Assembly (NCBI GenBank): GCA_021498095.1
Contig: JAIZWK010000001.1
Coordinates: 716,448-740,447 of the forward strand
Direction: 5' to 3'
From: Candidatus Harpocratesius repetitus
GTDB lineage: Archaea; Asgardarchaeota; Lokiarchaeia; Sigyniarchaeales; Promethearchaeaceae
DNA: 24,000 nt
The position numbers and the translations under genes were made by a program. This document shows, one piece after another, positions 10,011-18,691 of this stretch; within the stretch, counting starts at the first letter, position 1; the number at the start of each line of letters is the position of its first letter. The notes beneath the pieces are model-generated. The model was not told the origin of the DNA and ran no database searches. It saw nothing but the letters and a program-made list of their open reading frames with translations.

Positions 10011-11225
10011 TTATTTTGGTTTAACTGCAGATACTATTTTGATAATATCATTATTCTTTAATTCATAATGTTCACCTAAACGCATTTTTGATCTTGCATC
10101 TAAACCGTAAATGAAATTCTTTGCTAGATCTGAATGAATTTTTGTTTCAACAAATTTCTTCAATTTTGTATTTTTTAAGACTAAATGTGCATCAGGTAAT
10201 ACATTTCCATCTTTATCAGAAAATGAATTCGTATCATAAACAGGATATACAACAATTTGATTTAATACATTGAAAACAGAATAATTTATTATATCTTGAA
10301 TACCTGTACTATTGTATTTTTTGAGTATTTTTTCTTCAATATTTTTAAGTGCGTTTAGTTCAGATTTTTGCAATTTTTCATTTTGTATTATTTTAAACTT
10401 AGTATCACCTGGTAAATATTCAATAATTCGATCTTCTGCATATTTTCTTAACCAATACTCTGCTAAAGCACTACATGGGATAATTTTCCCTTTATATTTT
10501 CTTTTTAATTCTGTTAACATTTGTTCTCCATTATGCTTATCTATTTTATTTGCTGCAATTATTATTGGTTTTGAAATTTCTCTTAATTTTCTTGCAAAAT
10601 CGAAAATATTGTCATCATTCCATTTTGTTAATTTCTCAAAATCTAGATTAATAGAATTCATTGCATTAAGAATATGTTCTTTTTGAATACCAATTCCAGC
10701 TAACCTTTCATGCAATAAATCTACAAATGATAGTTTTTCTTGTTCAATCTTTCTAACAAATTTTCCCCAATCTTTTTTAATAATAAGATCCTTAAACCAG
10801 AAATTAATTTCATCCTCCAAAAATTTTATATCATCTAGCGGATCTCTTGCCCCTTCATCAATATCTTGACCTTCAGCATCTAGACTTCCAGAAATATCTA
10901 TAACGTGAATTAATACATCTGCTCGTGCAAGATCTGATAAAAATTGATTTCCCATTCCCTTTCCTAAATGCGCATCAGGAACTAATCCTGCAACATCCAG
11001 AAGTTTCACAGGAATAAACCTATTTTGGTTTATGCAAATAGAGTTTTTTGGATTATCTTTAATATTTAATTCTCGACATGCACAAATTGTTCTAACAAAA
11101 GATTTTCCTAAATTTGGTTTGATAGTTGTAAATGGATAATTTGCTGTTTTATATTGAGTCAAACAAGCTGCATTAAGGAATGTACTTTTCCCAGAAGAAG
11201 GTTTCCCAACAATTCCAATAAGCAT
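10011..11225 (-). CDS. ychF: Archaeal YchF/OLA1-like (Obg-superfamily) GTPase
   Basis: MLIGIVGKPSSGKSTFLNAA, ANYPFTTIKPNLG, KLLDVAGLVPDAHLGKGMGNQFLSDLARADVLIHVID, ANKID; C-terminal TGS-like region (VYPVYD...LKKFVETKIHSDLAKNFIYGLDARSKMRLGEHYELKNNDIIKIV). Confidence 0.92.
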   Translation of the reverse strand: MLIGIVGKPSSGKSTFLNAACLTQYKTANYPFTTIKPNLGKSFVRTICACRELNIKDNPKNSICINQNRFIPVKLLDVAGLVPDAHLGKGMGNQFLSDLARADVLIHVIDISGSLDAEGQDIDEGARDPLDDIKFLEDEINFWFKDLIIKKDWGKFVRKIEQEKLSFVDLLHERLAGIGIQKEHILNAMNSINLDFEKLTKWNDDNIFDFARKLREISKPIIIAANKIDKHNGEQMLTELKRKYKGKIIPCSALAEYWLRKYAEDRIIEYLPGDTKFKIIQNEKLQKSELNALKNIEEKILKKYNSTGIQDIINYSVFNVLNQIVVYPVYDTNSFSDKDGNVLPDAHLVLKNTKLKKFVETKIHSDLAKNFIYGLDARSKMRLGEHYELKNNDIIKIVSAVKPK

Positions 11226-11272
11226 AATTATTAGTATTTTTTAACATTTAAAAGAGTTTGATTTTTAGGAAG

Positions 11273-13852
11273 CTATGAATTTTGACTTAAAAGATATTTT
11301 ATTGCTGGCTCTAATTCGTGAATTATAACATTTTCAATGATTTTTTCATTTGGTTCTTTGATTAACAAAGGTTGTGATTTATTAAGTAAAATTTTTAATT
11401 TTCTATGTAATTCTTTTAATTCTTGCTTGATCAATTTGCTATTTTCAATTATTTGTTTCTTCTTATCTAATATATCTACAGAAGAATTAGGTGATTGTAA
11501 TTTTGGCAGATTATATCCTAAGAAAACCTCATCGCTTTTCTTTTTTAATTCATTAAGATGAATTTCAATCAAATTGATTATTCTGCTTTCTTCAATATTA
11601 AATAATTTAGAATGTGAACTTGCTAAGGTAAAAATGATTTTAAAATCATAATTAGAGTATTTTAATTCTTTTGGAATAAAAATAACATATCTTTTCTCGA
11701 TTTTTTCTTTATATAAATTTTTAGAGAGATTTTGATAAGTTTCTTGACAGTAATTTTTATACAATTCATTTATCCGTAAACCTAAGGAATAAAAATCCAA
11801 AACATGATTTGAATCTTTTTCAATAATAAAAACCTGAAGTGATAATAAATCTTTATTATCTTGGAGATTTTTCTTAAAATCTTGTATATTTTCATTATCC
11901 TCAAAACTATTTTCCGTTTTTAGCGCATTTCTTACAATTTTCAATAATTTCAAGCCATTAAGACAGTCTTCAATTCTTAATTCAGAATTATGCGATTTTT
12001 CAAAAAATTTCTTTAAAAGAATATAGCGCTTTTGAATTTCATTCCATCCTCTAACAGTTAATTGCTCATTCTGAATTTTTGATATCAATTTGTCAAAAAT
12101 GGAGAAAATTTTTGACATAGCTCCCAAGTAGTTATCGCAAAATATGAGTTCTTCAATTTGGTGAATATGCTTTAATAGGTCTTTATAAATCTCATGCATA
12201 ATTCTAAGTTTTCTTTTATTAAAAGTCAAAGTTTCTTCTTTTTCTAAGTTGTTTTGTATTTTTTTCGGTATTTTATCTATTTTTTTAATTAATTTTGGGT
12301 AATTAGTAATATGTTCTCTTTTTTTCAGCTTTGACTTTCGGAAAAATTGATTTTGATTTTTATTCTTTTTAATTATAGATCCTTCAATATTATTCGTGTA
12401 AAGTAGAAAAGGTTTTGCATTTGAGTAGGTTTTAATTATACACATCCCAGTAGGAAGATCTTGAATATTGAATATCTGGTCTTTTTCAATGCCTAAATGA
12501 TAAATGACATCTTCACTTCTTTCATTAAACTTAAAAAACAGTTTTGTTCCTGAGTTTAATATTATGTTTTTACTGATATCCAATGAAGTAGTAATCGAAA
12601 GGAGCCCTTCTCCTTTTCCTCTTAATAATAATGCTATATCTTCTAAATATAATGATACATTCGATAAATTAACAAGTTTATTTGATGCAATGTATGAGAC
12701 ATCCTCAAAAATTGTTAAATGCATTAACTGATCTGTTGGTTTACGATTCATTGCCATTTCCCAAATCCATTTTAGAATTAAATTGGCAAAGAATATTAAA
12801 TCTTGCTTTGAACCACCTAACTTTAAAATACTTCCTAAATCGATAACCGTTTTTCTTTGAAGTATCTCTGAAACTTTTAAAGTTTTATTAGAATCATTAA
12901 ATACAGCACTTAATGGTCCAGAATAAAATCGTCTTAATCTGTTCTTGATGCTAACAATTGTATTTCCAATTTGTGGAATACTATTTTTTAATTGATTTTT
13001 TGAATCATCCAAGATTGAAAAGAATTTATTCCATGTCTTTGGTTCTGATGATTTGCATACTTTATTTAACACATTTACAAGCACACTTTCCATTTGAGGT
13101 GAAAATTCTGAATTGAACTCAAGGATTCTACATGATTTTAGGCTATCAAATAGAATTTCTGCATAATTATCACTAGAAAATATATCCTTATCAAAAAGAT
13201 TAATTGCAAAATTAATTCCTGGTTCTAGTATTAAAAGATCTGGAATAAATGTCTGTAATTGGGTATATTCTCCTTTAAATTCAAATAATGTAAATGGAAT
13301 TGTTTTTAATTTCTTGCTTATTTTTTTTAAGAAATACATAATAAAACTAGTTTTTCCAGTGCCCGTCTGGCCATAAATTAAAATATGTCTTTTTAATTCT
13401 TCAATATCAAGACTAAATTTTTGTAAATAATGATTTTTATAAATGATTACTCCTAGGGGAATGGATTTTCTTCTTTTTCTTTTTGGTTTTTTTGTAGGTT
13501 TATATCCCCACCAAGTACAATTAAAACGTTTTTGGTGAATTCTTTCTATATAAAAAATACCAATAATAAAACAAAAATCGATAATATAAAAAATTTGCAT
13601 TTTAATATTAAATTGGATTAAATTCACAAGAAACATAATTAAGTTTTTAAAGATAATTAAAAATAATAAGGATTTTATGAAAATTGAGTTATAGATTTTA
13701 AATTTTCTCAGTTTCCATATCTGAAATATAAATACACTAAAACTAGCACAAACAATACAAATATTTAACACTAAAGTAATTATCCAGAAATTGTTATACG
13801 TCATTATTAAGGAATCAATTCTAAAAATTGAGGAAATCACGAGTAAAACCAT
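11273..13852 (-). CDS. Membrane-anchored HerA/FtsK/VirB4-superfamily ATPase
   Basis: 859 aa; hydrophobic TM segments in the first ~110 aa; Walker A LIYGQTGTGKTSFIMYFL; FTLFEFKGEYTQL; Walker B LMHLTIFEDVSYIA; long helical C-terminal region. Confidence 0.75.
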   Translation of the reverse strand: MVLLVISSIFRIDSLIMTYNNFWIITLVLNICIVCASFSVFIFQIWKLRKFKIYNSIFIKSLLFLIIFKNLIMFLVNLIQFNIKMQIFYIIDFCFIIGIFYIERIHQKRFNCTWWGYKPTKKPKRKRRKSIPLGVIIYKNHYLQKFSLDIEELKRHILIYGQTGTGKTSFIMYFLKKISKKLKTIPFTLFEFKGEYTQLQTFIPDLLILEPGINFAINLFDKDIFSSDNYAEILFDSLKSCRILEFNSEFSPQMESVLVNVLNKVCKSSEPKTWNKFFSILDDSKNQLKNSIPQIGNTIVSIKNRLRRFYSGPLSAVFNDSNKTLKVSEILQRKTVIDLGSILKLGGSKQDLIFFANLILKWIWEMAMNRKPTDQLMHLTIFEDVSYIASNKLVNLSNVSLYLEDIALLLRGKGEGLLSITTSLDISKNIILNSGTKLFFKFNERSEDVIYHLGIEKDQIFNIQDLPTGMCIIKTYSNAKPFLLYTNNIEGSIIKKNKNQNQFFRKSKLKKREHITNYPKLIKKIDKIPKKIQNNLEKEETLTFNKRKLRIMHEIYKDLLKHIHQIEELIFCDNYLGAMSKIFSIFDKLISKIQNEQLTVRGWNEIQKRYILLKKFFEKSHNSELRIEDCLNGLKLLKIVRNALKTENSFEDNENIQDFKKNLQDNKDLLSLQVFIIEKDSNHVLDFYSLGLRINELYKNYCQETYQNLSKNLYKEKIEKRYVIFIPKELKYSNYDFKIIFTLASSHSKLFNIEESRIINLIEIHLNELKKKSDEVFLGYNLPKLQSPNSSVDILDKKKQIIENSKLIKQELKELHRKLKILLNKSQPLLIKEPNEKIIENVIIHELEPAIKYLLSQNS

Positions 13853-13949
13853 ACGTAATAAAATGTTTAAAGATAAAAATAACGAAAATTTTAGGCATAA
13901 ATTTAAAATTTTTGTTGACTTAGACTTCCTATCAAAGGGGTGATTTGTA

Positions 13950-15533
13950 ATGAGTTTAAACCAACCTTATTTAGTATTAAAGGAAAACACGCAACAATTG
14001 AAAGGAAAAGATGCATTAAAAACTAACATTGAAGCAATTAAGGCAATTGCAGAAACAATTCGAACAACTTTAGGCCCTAAGGGTTTGAATAAAATGTTAG
14101 TAGATTCGTTAGGTGATATAACTATCACTAGTGATGGTAGCAAAATACTAGAAGAATTAAGTATAGATAACCCAACAGCTAAAATGATTGTTGACCTTGC
14201 TAAAACCATTCATAAGAATGTTGGAGACGGCTCAAGTTCTGTTGTTTTATTCATTGGTGCTTTAATGGATAAAGCTGATGAAATGATATCAATGAATTTA
14301 GCACCAACAATAATTTATGAAGGTTATTTAAAAGCTATAAAATTCTTAAAACAAGAAATTAATAATATTTCCAAAAAAGTAACACCAGAAAATACTGATT
14401 TTGTTAAATCTTCAATTGTTCAGACTGCATTACGTAGTAAATCTCTGATGGATGCTCAAGATTTATTTACTAATATCATTGTAGATGCAATTAGTAAAAT
14501 ACAAGAAAATCGAGCAGATAAACCATATATTGATTTAGACAATATCCAGATTATCAAGAAAGAAGGAGAAGGGTTACATTCAACAAGATTAGTTGATGGA
14601 ATTATTATCGATAAAGAAGTTGTTAGTCCAATTCTTCCTAAAACTATCCAAAATGCAAAAATTGCCCTTCTCAACGGTGCTTTAGAGATAGTTAAAACAG
14701 ATTTTTCTTCTGAAATCCAAATTTCTGATCCTGAGGAAATCCAGAAATTTTTAGAACAAGAAGAAAATATGATAAGGGTTTTAATTGAATCCATTCATTC
14801 ATCTGGAGCAAATGTTGTTTTTTGTCAAAAAGGTATAGATGAAACTGCACAGCATTTTCTTTCGAAATATGGGATTCTTGCTGTTCGTCGTGTTAAAAAT
14901 TCCGATATGCAGAAAATTGCTAAAGCTACTGGGGCTAAAATTGTCACTCAAATCAAAGATTTAACTTCATCAGATCTTGGAACTGCAGGAATTGTCAGCG
15001 AACGAAAGATCGGTGGAGATAATATGGTTTTTATTGAACATTGTCATAACCCAAAGGCAATTACAATATTAGTAAGAGGCGGGACTGAAACAGGAGTAAA
15101 TGATGCAGAACGTTCTTTAAAAAACGGATTGAGCGCTCTTAAATCTTTAATTGAAGTACCAAGATTTGTTGGTGGTGGTGGCTCCATTGAAATTGAATTG
15201 CGCAAACGAATCCTTCAATATGCAGAAAAAGTTGGAGGAAAACAGCAAATTTCTATTGAAAGTTTTGCAGATGCTTTAGAAATTGTTCCCACAATATTAA
15301 TTGAAAATTCTGGTAATGATCCCTTGGACATTCTTACATCACTAAGATCTCAAGTCGATTACAGCCAAAACAAATGGTTTGGATTTGATGCAATTTCACG
15401 TAATATTGTAGATGTGCAAAAAGCAGGAATTATTGATTCAATGGAGATTAAATGGCAAATTTACAACCTTGCAACTGAATTGGCTGTTATTTTCATTCGA
15501 ATTGATGATTATATTAAGGCAAAAGGAAAATAG
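13950..15533 (+). CDS. Group II chaperonin (thermosome/CCT family) subunit, divergent
   Basis: TTLGPKGLNKML, ITSDGSKILEELSIDNPTAKM, NVGDGSSSVVLFIGALM, VGGGGSIEIELRKR, NLATELAVIFIRIDDYIKAKGK. SD-like AGGGGTGAT upstream. Confidence 0.93.
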   Translation: MSLNQPYLVLKENTQQLKGKDALKTNIEAIKAIAETIRTTLGPKGLNKMLVDSLGDITITSDGSKILEELSIDNPTAKMIVDLAKTIHKNVGDGSSSVVLFIGALMDKADEMISMNLAPTIIYEGYLKAIKFLKQEINNISKKVTPENTDFVKSSIVQTALRSKSLMDAQDLFTNIIVDAISKIQENRADKPYIDLDNIQIIKKEGEGLHSTRLVDGIIIDKEVVSPILPKTIQNAKIALLNGALEIVKTDFSSEIQISDPEEIQKFLEQEENMIRVLIESIHSSGANVVFCQKGIDETAQHFLSKYGILAVRRVKNSDMQKIAKATGAKIVTQIKDLTSSDLGTAGIVSERKIGGDNMVFIEHCHNPKAITILVRGGTETGVNDAERSLKNGLSALKSLIEVPRFVGGGGSIEIELRKRILQYAEKVGGKQQISIESFADALEIVPTILIENSGNDPLDILTSLRSQVDYSQNKWFGFDAISRNIVDVQKAGIIDSMEIKWQIYNLATELAVIFIRIDDYIKAKGK

Positions 15534-15621
15534 TCGATTTTAAAATTAAATTTAGATATTTTAATTATTTTTTTTTTTATCTTTTCTTTGACTATAAAAT
15601 AAAAGATATATAGAATTAGGA

Positions 15622-16131
15622 CTATTCATATTTGGGTAAAAAATTGCGATTAATTTCCCAAAAAGTAATTCCCCATTTAAATTTCTCTAAAAGATTGTAC
15701 GCTTTTTGCGGAAACCCTGCATAGTATAAAGCAGCTGCTAAAGCTTCTGCAGAACTTAGTTTATCCCATTTTCCATAGTTTACAGTATTAGCTGCAAGTA
15801 AATGTGGAAGTCTGCGTCCTGTTTGAAATTTATGGGTGAAAATCGTATCAATTTGTTCCCACGAGCAATCAATTACAATTATTCCATATTTTGCAATCGA
15901 AATATGATCGTTTTGAGAAATTTCTTTTTCTGAGAAAGGATCCAAGATAATTGCTTTTTTCGGAAATCGCTGCAATTTTTTTCCCATTTTAACCACACCA
16001 AATTTTGCTAGTTTAACAACAGTATTTTTCTTGGGATCATCTTGATTAAGATATAAACAAAATAAACGAGGTTCTTGAGGCTCCATTTTTTGTGAGGGAA
16101 TTTTTATATGTTTGGAAACGTTGACTAACAT
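15622..16131 (-). CDS. tsr3: Tsr3-family rRNA aminocarboxypropyltransferase (DUF367 / RLI-like domain)
   Basis: AIILDPFSEKEIS, GIIVIDCSWEQID, RRLPHLLAANTVNYGKWDKLSSAEALAAALYYAG, LLEKFKWGITFWEIN. Confidence 0.92.
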   Translation of the reverse strand: MLVNVSKHIKIPSQKMEPQEPRLFCLYLNQDDPKKNTVVKLAKFGVVKMGKKLQRFPKKAIILDPFSEKEISQNDHISIAKYGIIVIDCSWEQIDTIFTHKFQTGRRLPHLLAANTVNYGKWDKLSSAEALAAALYYAGFPQKAYNLLEKFKWGITFWEINRNFLPKYE

Positions 16132-16154
16132 AAACAGTTTTGCATTTGATAATC

Positions 16155-16238
16155 GCGGGGATAATCAAGTCTGGTCCACGATGCTGGACTTAGGATCCAG
16201 TGCATAGCGCCGCGAGGGTTCGAAGCCCTCTCCCCGCA
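16155..16238 (+). tRNA. tRNA-Leu (anticodon UAG)
   Basis: Acceptor GCGGGGA/TCCCCGC, anticodon arm CTGGA-CTTAGGA-TCCAG, long variable arm TGCATAGCGCCGC, T arm GAGGG-TTCGAAG-CCCTC. Confidence 0.95.
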
Positions 16239-16391
16239 TTTTATTCATAAATGGATAAATTTTTCGAATTTATAAGAGAGATGATAAATATCATTACACT
16301 TTTTTAATTTCATTCTCGTCTTTTCGCCAAATTTTACTAATAATAAAAATTGAAATTGTTATAAAATAATACTTTTTCGAAATTTGTAATT

Positions 16392-16428
16392 ATAATAAAA
16401 CTAATTCAGTTGATGTTAGTTTTGTTAT
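16392..16428 (+). promoter_or_regulatory. 13-bp inverted repeat upstream of the tandem-Roadblock gene
   Basis: ATAATAAAACTAA - ttcagttgatg - TTAGTTTTGTTAT (13 pairs including one G-U, 11-nt loop). Confidence 0.4.
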
Positions 16429-16509
16429 GGGATACTGAAATTTTTACGGTATTCTTATTTAGTATATTAGTAATACATAGATTATTAATCAATATATTGC
16501 ACTGCGAAG

Positions 16510-17526
16510 TTGAAAACTATGAGTGTTAGAGAAAGTTTAGTAAAACATTTATCTACCATCATCCGCTCTTCGAAAGCAACAATAATGGCGCTATTATCTG
16601 ATGAAAATGGCCTAAGTATTGCTAAGACAGGTCGTAGCACAGATTTAATTCTTGATAGTAACGCCATTACCAGTGTTTCATCTGCTGCTTTTTCATCAAG
16701 CGAAGAAAATTGGACTGATTTAGGGATTCAAGATCAAATTATCGCCTTTTCTTTTTTTGAAAAAATTTGTCTTATTACTATCCGTATTCAACAAACTCTT
16801 TTGACTATTGTTCATGATTATAATCTGGACTGGCCTTTAGATGCAGATAGTATAGGCTCAAGTATTTATCACTTAAGACGAGAAATTCATAATTTCTTTG
16901 GTTCAGGGGAGATTAGTGAATCTGAAATAGAAGAATTCAGTAATAATGTTAGAGGCGCGATATATCTAAGTAGCATGGGAACCGAAATTCCATTTGCTTC
17001 TTATGCTCCATCAAATCATCAATCATTAGAATTAAATCAGAATATTTCTGCTATCTTAGATTCAATACAAAATCCAATATTTATTGAGTATGGGTTAGTA
17101 AATTCAAGTGGACTAACAATTGATGCAAGGGATTTATCTCCTGATGATGTAGAATTGTTGTCAGTAGATGCTTTTAGTGCAAATGCTAATGTTGGCTTTC
17201 AAAAGATGGTAGAGGAAGCAGATTCTATGAATATTGGAGGGTTGGTTTCATATCTCTGTGTTTCTGGCCCTGATCCAGAAAATTTCTATGGTATTCTTAG
17301 TAATCCTTGTGGAAAACTGCATTTTAAAGATTCAGCAAGTGGTAGTGAGATTCTTTTACCAGTTTCTTTTGTTTCTTTATTTCCAATGATGTACGGTGCT
17401 GTTCCAGTACTGTGTGAAGCAAGAAATATTGCCCATTCTATTATTGAGGTTATTGGTGAAGATCATATCACCAAAAAATTTATCAATAGTATCAACGTAA
17501 TTGTTAAGTCAAAATACGAAGAATAA
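16510..17526 (+). CDS. Roadblock/LC7-like protein, probably with two tandem Roadblock-like domains
   Basis: N-terminal half: HLSTIIRSSKATIMALLSDENGLSIAKTG...VSSAAFSSSEENWTDLGI...IIAFSFFEKICLITIRIQQTLLTIVHD. C-terminal half (from ~aa 185) resembles a second divergent copy: IFIEYGLVNSSGLTIDARD...NIGGLVSYLCVSGP. Confidence 0.6.
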   Translation: MKTMSVRESLVKHLSTIIRSSKATIMALLSDENGLSIAKTGRSTDLILDSNAITSVSSAAFSSSEENWTDLGIQDQIIAFSFFEKICLITIRIQQTLLTIVHDYNLDWPLDADSIGSSIYHLRREIHNFFGSGEISESEIEEFSNNVRGAIYLSSMGTEIPFASYAPSNHQSLELNQNISAILDSIQNPIFIEYGLVNSSGLTIDARDLSPDDVELLSVDAFSANANVGFQKMVEEADSMNIGGLVSYLCVSGPDPENFYGILSNPCGKLHFKDSASGSEILLPVSFVSLFPMMYGAVPVLCEARNIAHSIIEVIGEDHITKKFINSINVIVKSKYEE

Positions 17527-17907
17527 TTTTTTAAGAATTAACAAATAAAATTTTTTTTGTTTTTTCACCAGTATAATATAGATTAACTAGATTAATTGAG
17601 GATATTTTATCATTTTTAATTTAAACGCTTTTTTGAATATCATTTATATATATCTGACTTAAATGTGAAATATCGCAATTCTTTTTTTGTCGAACTCGAT
17701 TTTTTCAAAGAATTTGTTAAAAATTTACCATCTTGTTTATAAATTCTTCAATCTAATGTCTATTTTATTATAATTCTTGATTTACATATCTTGAATTTGG
17801 CACCTTGGTAAAATCGACAAAAAATAAGAAAGGATATTTTAGAATTGAGTCGGGAAAGTTAAGATGATAAAATGAAAAACTTCGAATTTTTAAAATTTAA
17901 AATACCC

Positions 17908-18627
17908 TCAATTGATATTTGAAATTCTTTTCCGGATAGGTTTTTTTGCTACTGTTTTATTCACTTTTCCCTTTTCTTCAGGATAATAGCGCGTTTCAAA
18001 ATCATCCCAAGATTTTGAAAAAACATGATTAGTAAATGCTTCCTTCAATCCTGAAATCTGTTTTAATCGGAGAACTTCATCTTTATCCATTCCTAATTTT
18101 TGGCAAATTTTTTCATCACTCCAACCTTGTCGAACTAAATCTAGTACTATATCAGACATGGAACGAATATGATGCGTTCCTCTCGCTCTATTATGCCGAA
18201 TGGTAGATCCCATGCGTTCATCTAGTGGTTTATCAATAATAGTTAAGGGAAGATGAGCATTTATTCGCTCTTTAATATCTTTGAATTCGCGTCCAACTCG
18301 ATTTCGGTGAAATCCGTCAACAATTTCATAATTTCCGTTTTCTAAGCGATATGCGACAATTGGTTGTGTATAACCATCGGATTTAATTGATTCATAAAGA
18401 AGTTTCATTTCTGGTTGTGCGACTCTGTTTGGATTGTATGTATTCGCCTGTATTTTCTCTATAGGAATCCATAACACTGTATCAACAGGTTCGCTAAATG
18501 GGGAAAACTGCGAGATTTGAGTACGTAATTCATTCAAATATGACACTTGTTCTTCAAATGACATGCTTTCTAGATCTCTACGAATTATTTTTATGATCTC
18601 TTTTATATTATTCATTATATTACTCAC
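17908..18627 (-). CDS. ibrB: ParB/Srx-like nuclease-domain protein, IbrB-like
   Basis: WIPIEKIQANTYNPNRVAQPEMKLLYESIKSDGYTQPIVAYRLENGNYEIVDGFHRNRVGRE...HNRARGTHHIRSMSDIVLDLVRQGWSDEKICQKLGMDKDEVLRLKQ; directly downstream of an IbrA-like gene. Confidence 0.8.
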   Translation of the reverse strand: MSNIMNNIKEIIKIIRRDLESMSFEEQVSYLNELRTQISQFSPFSEPVDTVLWIPIEKIQANTYNPNRVAQPEMKLLYESIKSDGYTQPIVAYRLENGNYEIVDGFHRNRVGREFKDIKERINAHLPLTIIDKPLDERMGSTIRHNRARGTHHIRSMSDIVLDLVRQGWSDEKICQKLGMDKDEVLRLKQISGLKEAFTNHVFSKSWDDFETRYYPEEKGKVNKTVAKKPIRKRISNIN

Positions 18628-18691
18628 TTTTGTATTTTCTTTTTATATCTTTATCTTTCATATTCTTTTTTGTGTTTATTCCCCTTTTTCA

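Noticed and set aside
10312-10686. Plus-strand ORF of 124 aa
   Set aside because: Antisense to the clearly coding ychF-like gene; mirror-frame artefact rich in Ser/Phe/Leu.
11337-12731. Plus-strand ORFs 11337-11561 and 12504-12731
   Set aside because: Antisense shadows of the HerA/FtsK-like gene, with no initiation signal or motif.
13967-14794. Minus-strand ORFs 13967-14209 and 14456-14794
   Set aside because: Antisense shadows of the chaperonin gene.
16155-16238. Could the tRNA-Leu overlap or mark an attachment site?
   Set aside because: No duplicated 3' tRNA fragment (CGAGGGTTCGAAGCCCTCTCCCCGCA) was noticed elsewhere in the window, and adjacent genes look housekeeping.
16485-16667. Minus-strand ORF of 60 aa
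   Set aside because: Overlaps the start of the tandem-Roadblock gene antisense; no support.
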